From assembly GCF_001194135.2 (NCBI RefSeq), contig NC_068984.1:20312759-20376758 (forward strand): a DNA stretch of 64,000 nucleotides, written 5' to 3'. This DNA is from Octopus bimaculoides. Lineage: Eukaryota. This document shows, one piece after another, positions 61,920 through 64,000 of this stretch (the first letter of the stretch is position 1; each line of letters starts with the position of its first letter). The notes beneath the pieces are model-generated. The model saw only the letters and a list, made by a program, of their open reading frames with translations. It did not search any database and had not been told where the DNA came from. A program made the translations under genes and the position numbers.

Positions 61920-63893
61920 GTAATGTAAAGGAATGAGTTGTCTTTTGTATCACCAGTTTTTCCAGCTGTGTTTGCTTTTCTCATGCTGCACACAGAAAAA
62001 GGGTTTCAAATCAGAGCTGTTTAAACTTATCTCTTGACCAGTAATTTTTTTCAGTATGAAGGTAGGAGTAATGGATAAGTAATTTGCCAGATTTTTTTTT
62101 TTTTCGGTAAATTAACTTTTTTTAAAGATTTCATGGTTCTTTGAAGTGTAGTTACATTTACATCCTATAATTTATATTTTCTTTATTAAATAATCTATTT
62201 TAATAGTAAACAGTAATTTCCATCATTCATTATATATTTAAAGTATTGGAATCTATTTGAAGTTGATCAGTTTCTCTTGTGATTAGTAAACCTGAACATA
62301 CAAAGTTGAAGACTTGTTATAAAACAATTAGAGGAAGTGAAGTGAGTCCTAGAGAGGACCACTGAAGATTTTAGTGTTGTGTAGTGTGGGGCAGGGTGCA
62401 CATGGAACCCCTTCTCTCTACTAACAGGAAGAGTTGACATAAGCACTGTAAATAACAAATTACAAACTAGTTTTTAGTGCCAAGTGGTTGTCTACCTATT
62501 TACAGAACCGGACCATTTGACTCTAAACACGGCACAGTACTGAGGCAGGATACAAAATACTCAGCTACTTGTCTGGAACTTTATTGATATGGATCTTCAT
62601 GCTGTCTTATTTAAAACCCATGTTTGACAGTAAACATACCATGAAATACTTGAATTGCCCTCCTTTCCTACAGTTACTTGCAATAAACCTCTTTAACTGG
62701 GTTATATTTAATTGCAATAGAATAAAAACTACTTTATTGAGCATATGAATATTTTCAAATGCAATTGAAACCAGGAATCAAAATGAAATTATTGAAATTC
62801 ACCATATGAATGCTACATCATGTTTATGTAGATTACATATATTTTTCTTTCTTACTGTGTATACTTAATTCTATCCCAGTGCAGATGCCCTTGGTGCACA
62901 ATCCTAGTATGTGTATGTGTTTGAGTGTGAACAGAAGTAAACATTCCTTATAAATGTTGAACAACATGAAAGCATTTTTGGAGGAACACTGCTGAAACTG
63001 TCCTTCTAGGCTACTCACAGATGCCAGTGTAAAATGTTTGAGGCTTCATGTGACATGGTTCAGCTAGAAATAAATTCTACCACAAACATATCTCCTTTGT
63101 ACAGTGCTCATGCAGTTACACATCCACTCTTATATGTGTAAGGCTTTGGCTTGAAATATCTTCCTTTGTACGAACGTTTCTTTTCATTTAATGTATTTAA
63201 TTATTTTCACCTTTTCTTTTTAGATATTTTTTCTAAGGATTACCACCAAGTTACCTCTGAATTTTTTTCAAGCAGTATTTGAAGTGTAAAGCATACAAAA
63301 TTGGGAACTTAACTATTATTTTTGTTTCGTTAAAGAACATTTAAAATAGAGAAGTATAAAAATACAGTGGGATTGCTACTCATATATATTATTAATGCAG
63401 TCTGTTAGTGATAACTACAGCTTGTAGATGAAAAAGAAACGACACTTCAGTATTGTTGTAAATGTTACTGATGTCACTAAACAGAGATGCATACCTATAT
63501 GCACATGTGCACACGATGCTTACACATATAAGTACATTCATGCATACACATACTTGAACATATAACATACGTGTACAACATGTTAAGAAACTGACAATGC
63601 ATATTAAATATCAACTTTGTATTTATCAATCACCCTATGCTACCAAAAGTTTTCTGCCTCCCTTCATGGATCTAAATGTACACATGTACTGGCACACAAC
63701 ACCACACTGATAAACATACATGTGCAGGTACTTAGAAACAAGTAGTTACACAAACGCACTGACACACCTGTAAACAGATATAGGCATGCAGATATATACA
63801 CATAGGCCTGTATGTTTATGCACTCATATAAACATACAGGGAGTTAAACAAAGCAAATCTCATTGATTTGATAAATACACATTAATGAAATAA

Positions 63894-63945
<52 letters not shown>

Positions 63946-64000
63946 TTATAATCATTTTGCATCTTCTTTTACATGCTGGTGGTATTGAGCAGATATTCTG

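Noticed and set aside
63223-63260. Candidate NXF1 37-nt exon (ccaagttacctctg resembles PKLL)
   Set aside because: Wrong upstream codons and no GT donor at the expected position.
1-64000. CRISPR arrays, rRNA genes or prokaryotic operon-like systems
   Set aside because: None seen; recurring repeats are dispersed eukaryotic TEs, not regularly spaced direct repeats.

Overview
AT-rich eukaryotic genomic DNA with 7 N-gaps. The repeat landscape (tRNA-derived Meta/CORE-type SINEs, RTE LINE tails ending in (GAT)n, DD37D-like Tc1/mariner relics, TTAA MITEs) suggests an octopus such as Octopus bimaculoides; this is inferred, not database-checked. Manual splicing gives four genes in two head-to-head pairs. 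(1) CFAP70/TTC18 on the minus strand: first 8 coding exons, 10687 to 198, running off the left edge. (2) A 3-exon, 634-aa THAP zinc-finger gene (12714-20645, +) whose C-terminus resembles a truncated P-element transposase. (3) An intronless RNF14 RBR E3 ligase (33101-34471, -). (4) NXF1/TAP (38309-61919+, +): 12 coding exons, ending at the 110-nt exon and entering the conserved 'cassette' intron, which here carries an immediate in-frame stop. Most short ORFs in the supplied track are spurious or repeat-derived. The best leads are the NXF1 cassette intron, the apparently domesticated THAP/P-element gene, intronless RNF14, RFX X-boxes (CFAP70 promoter and inside a mariner end) and several fold-back structures. 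All homology calls are by-eye comparisons to remembered family sequences; no searches were run.
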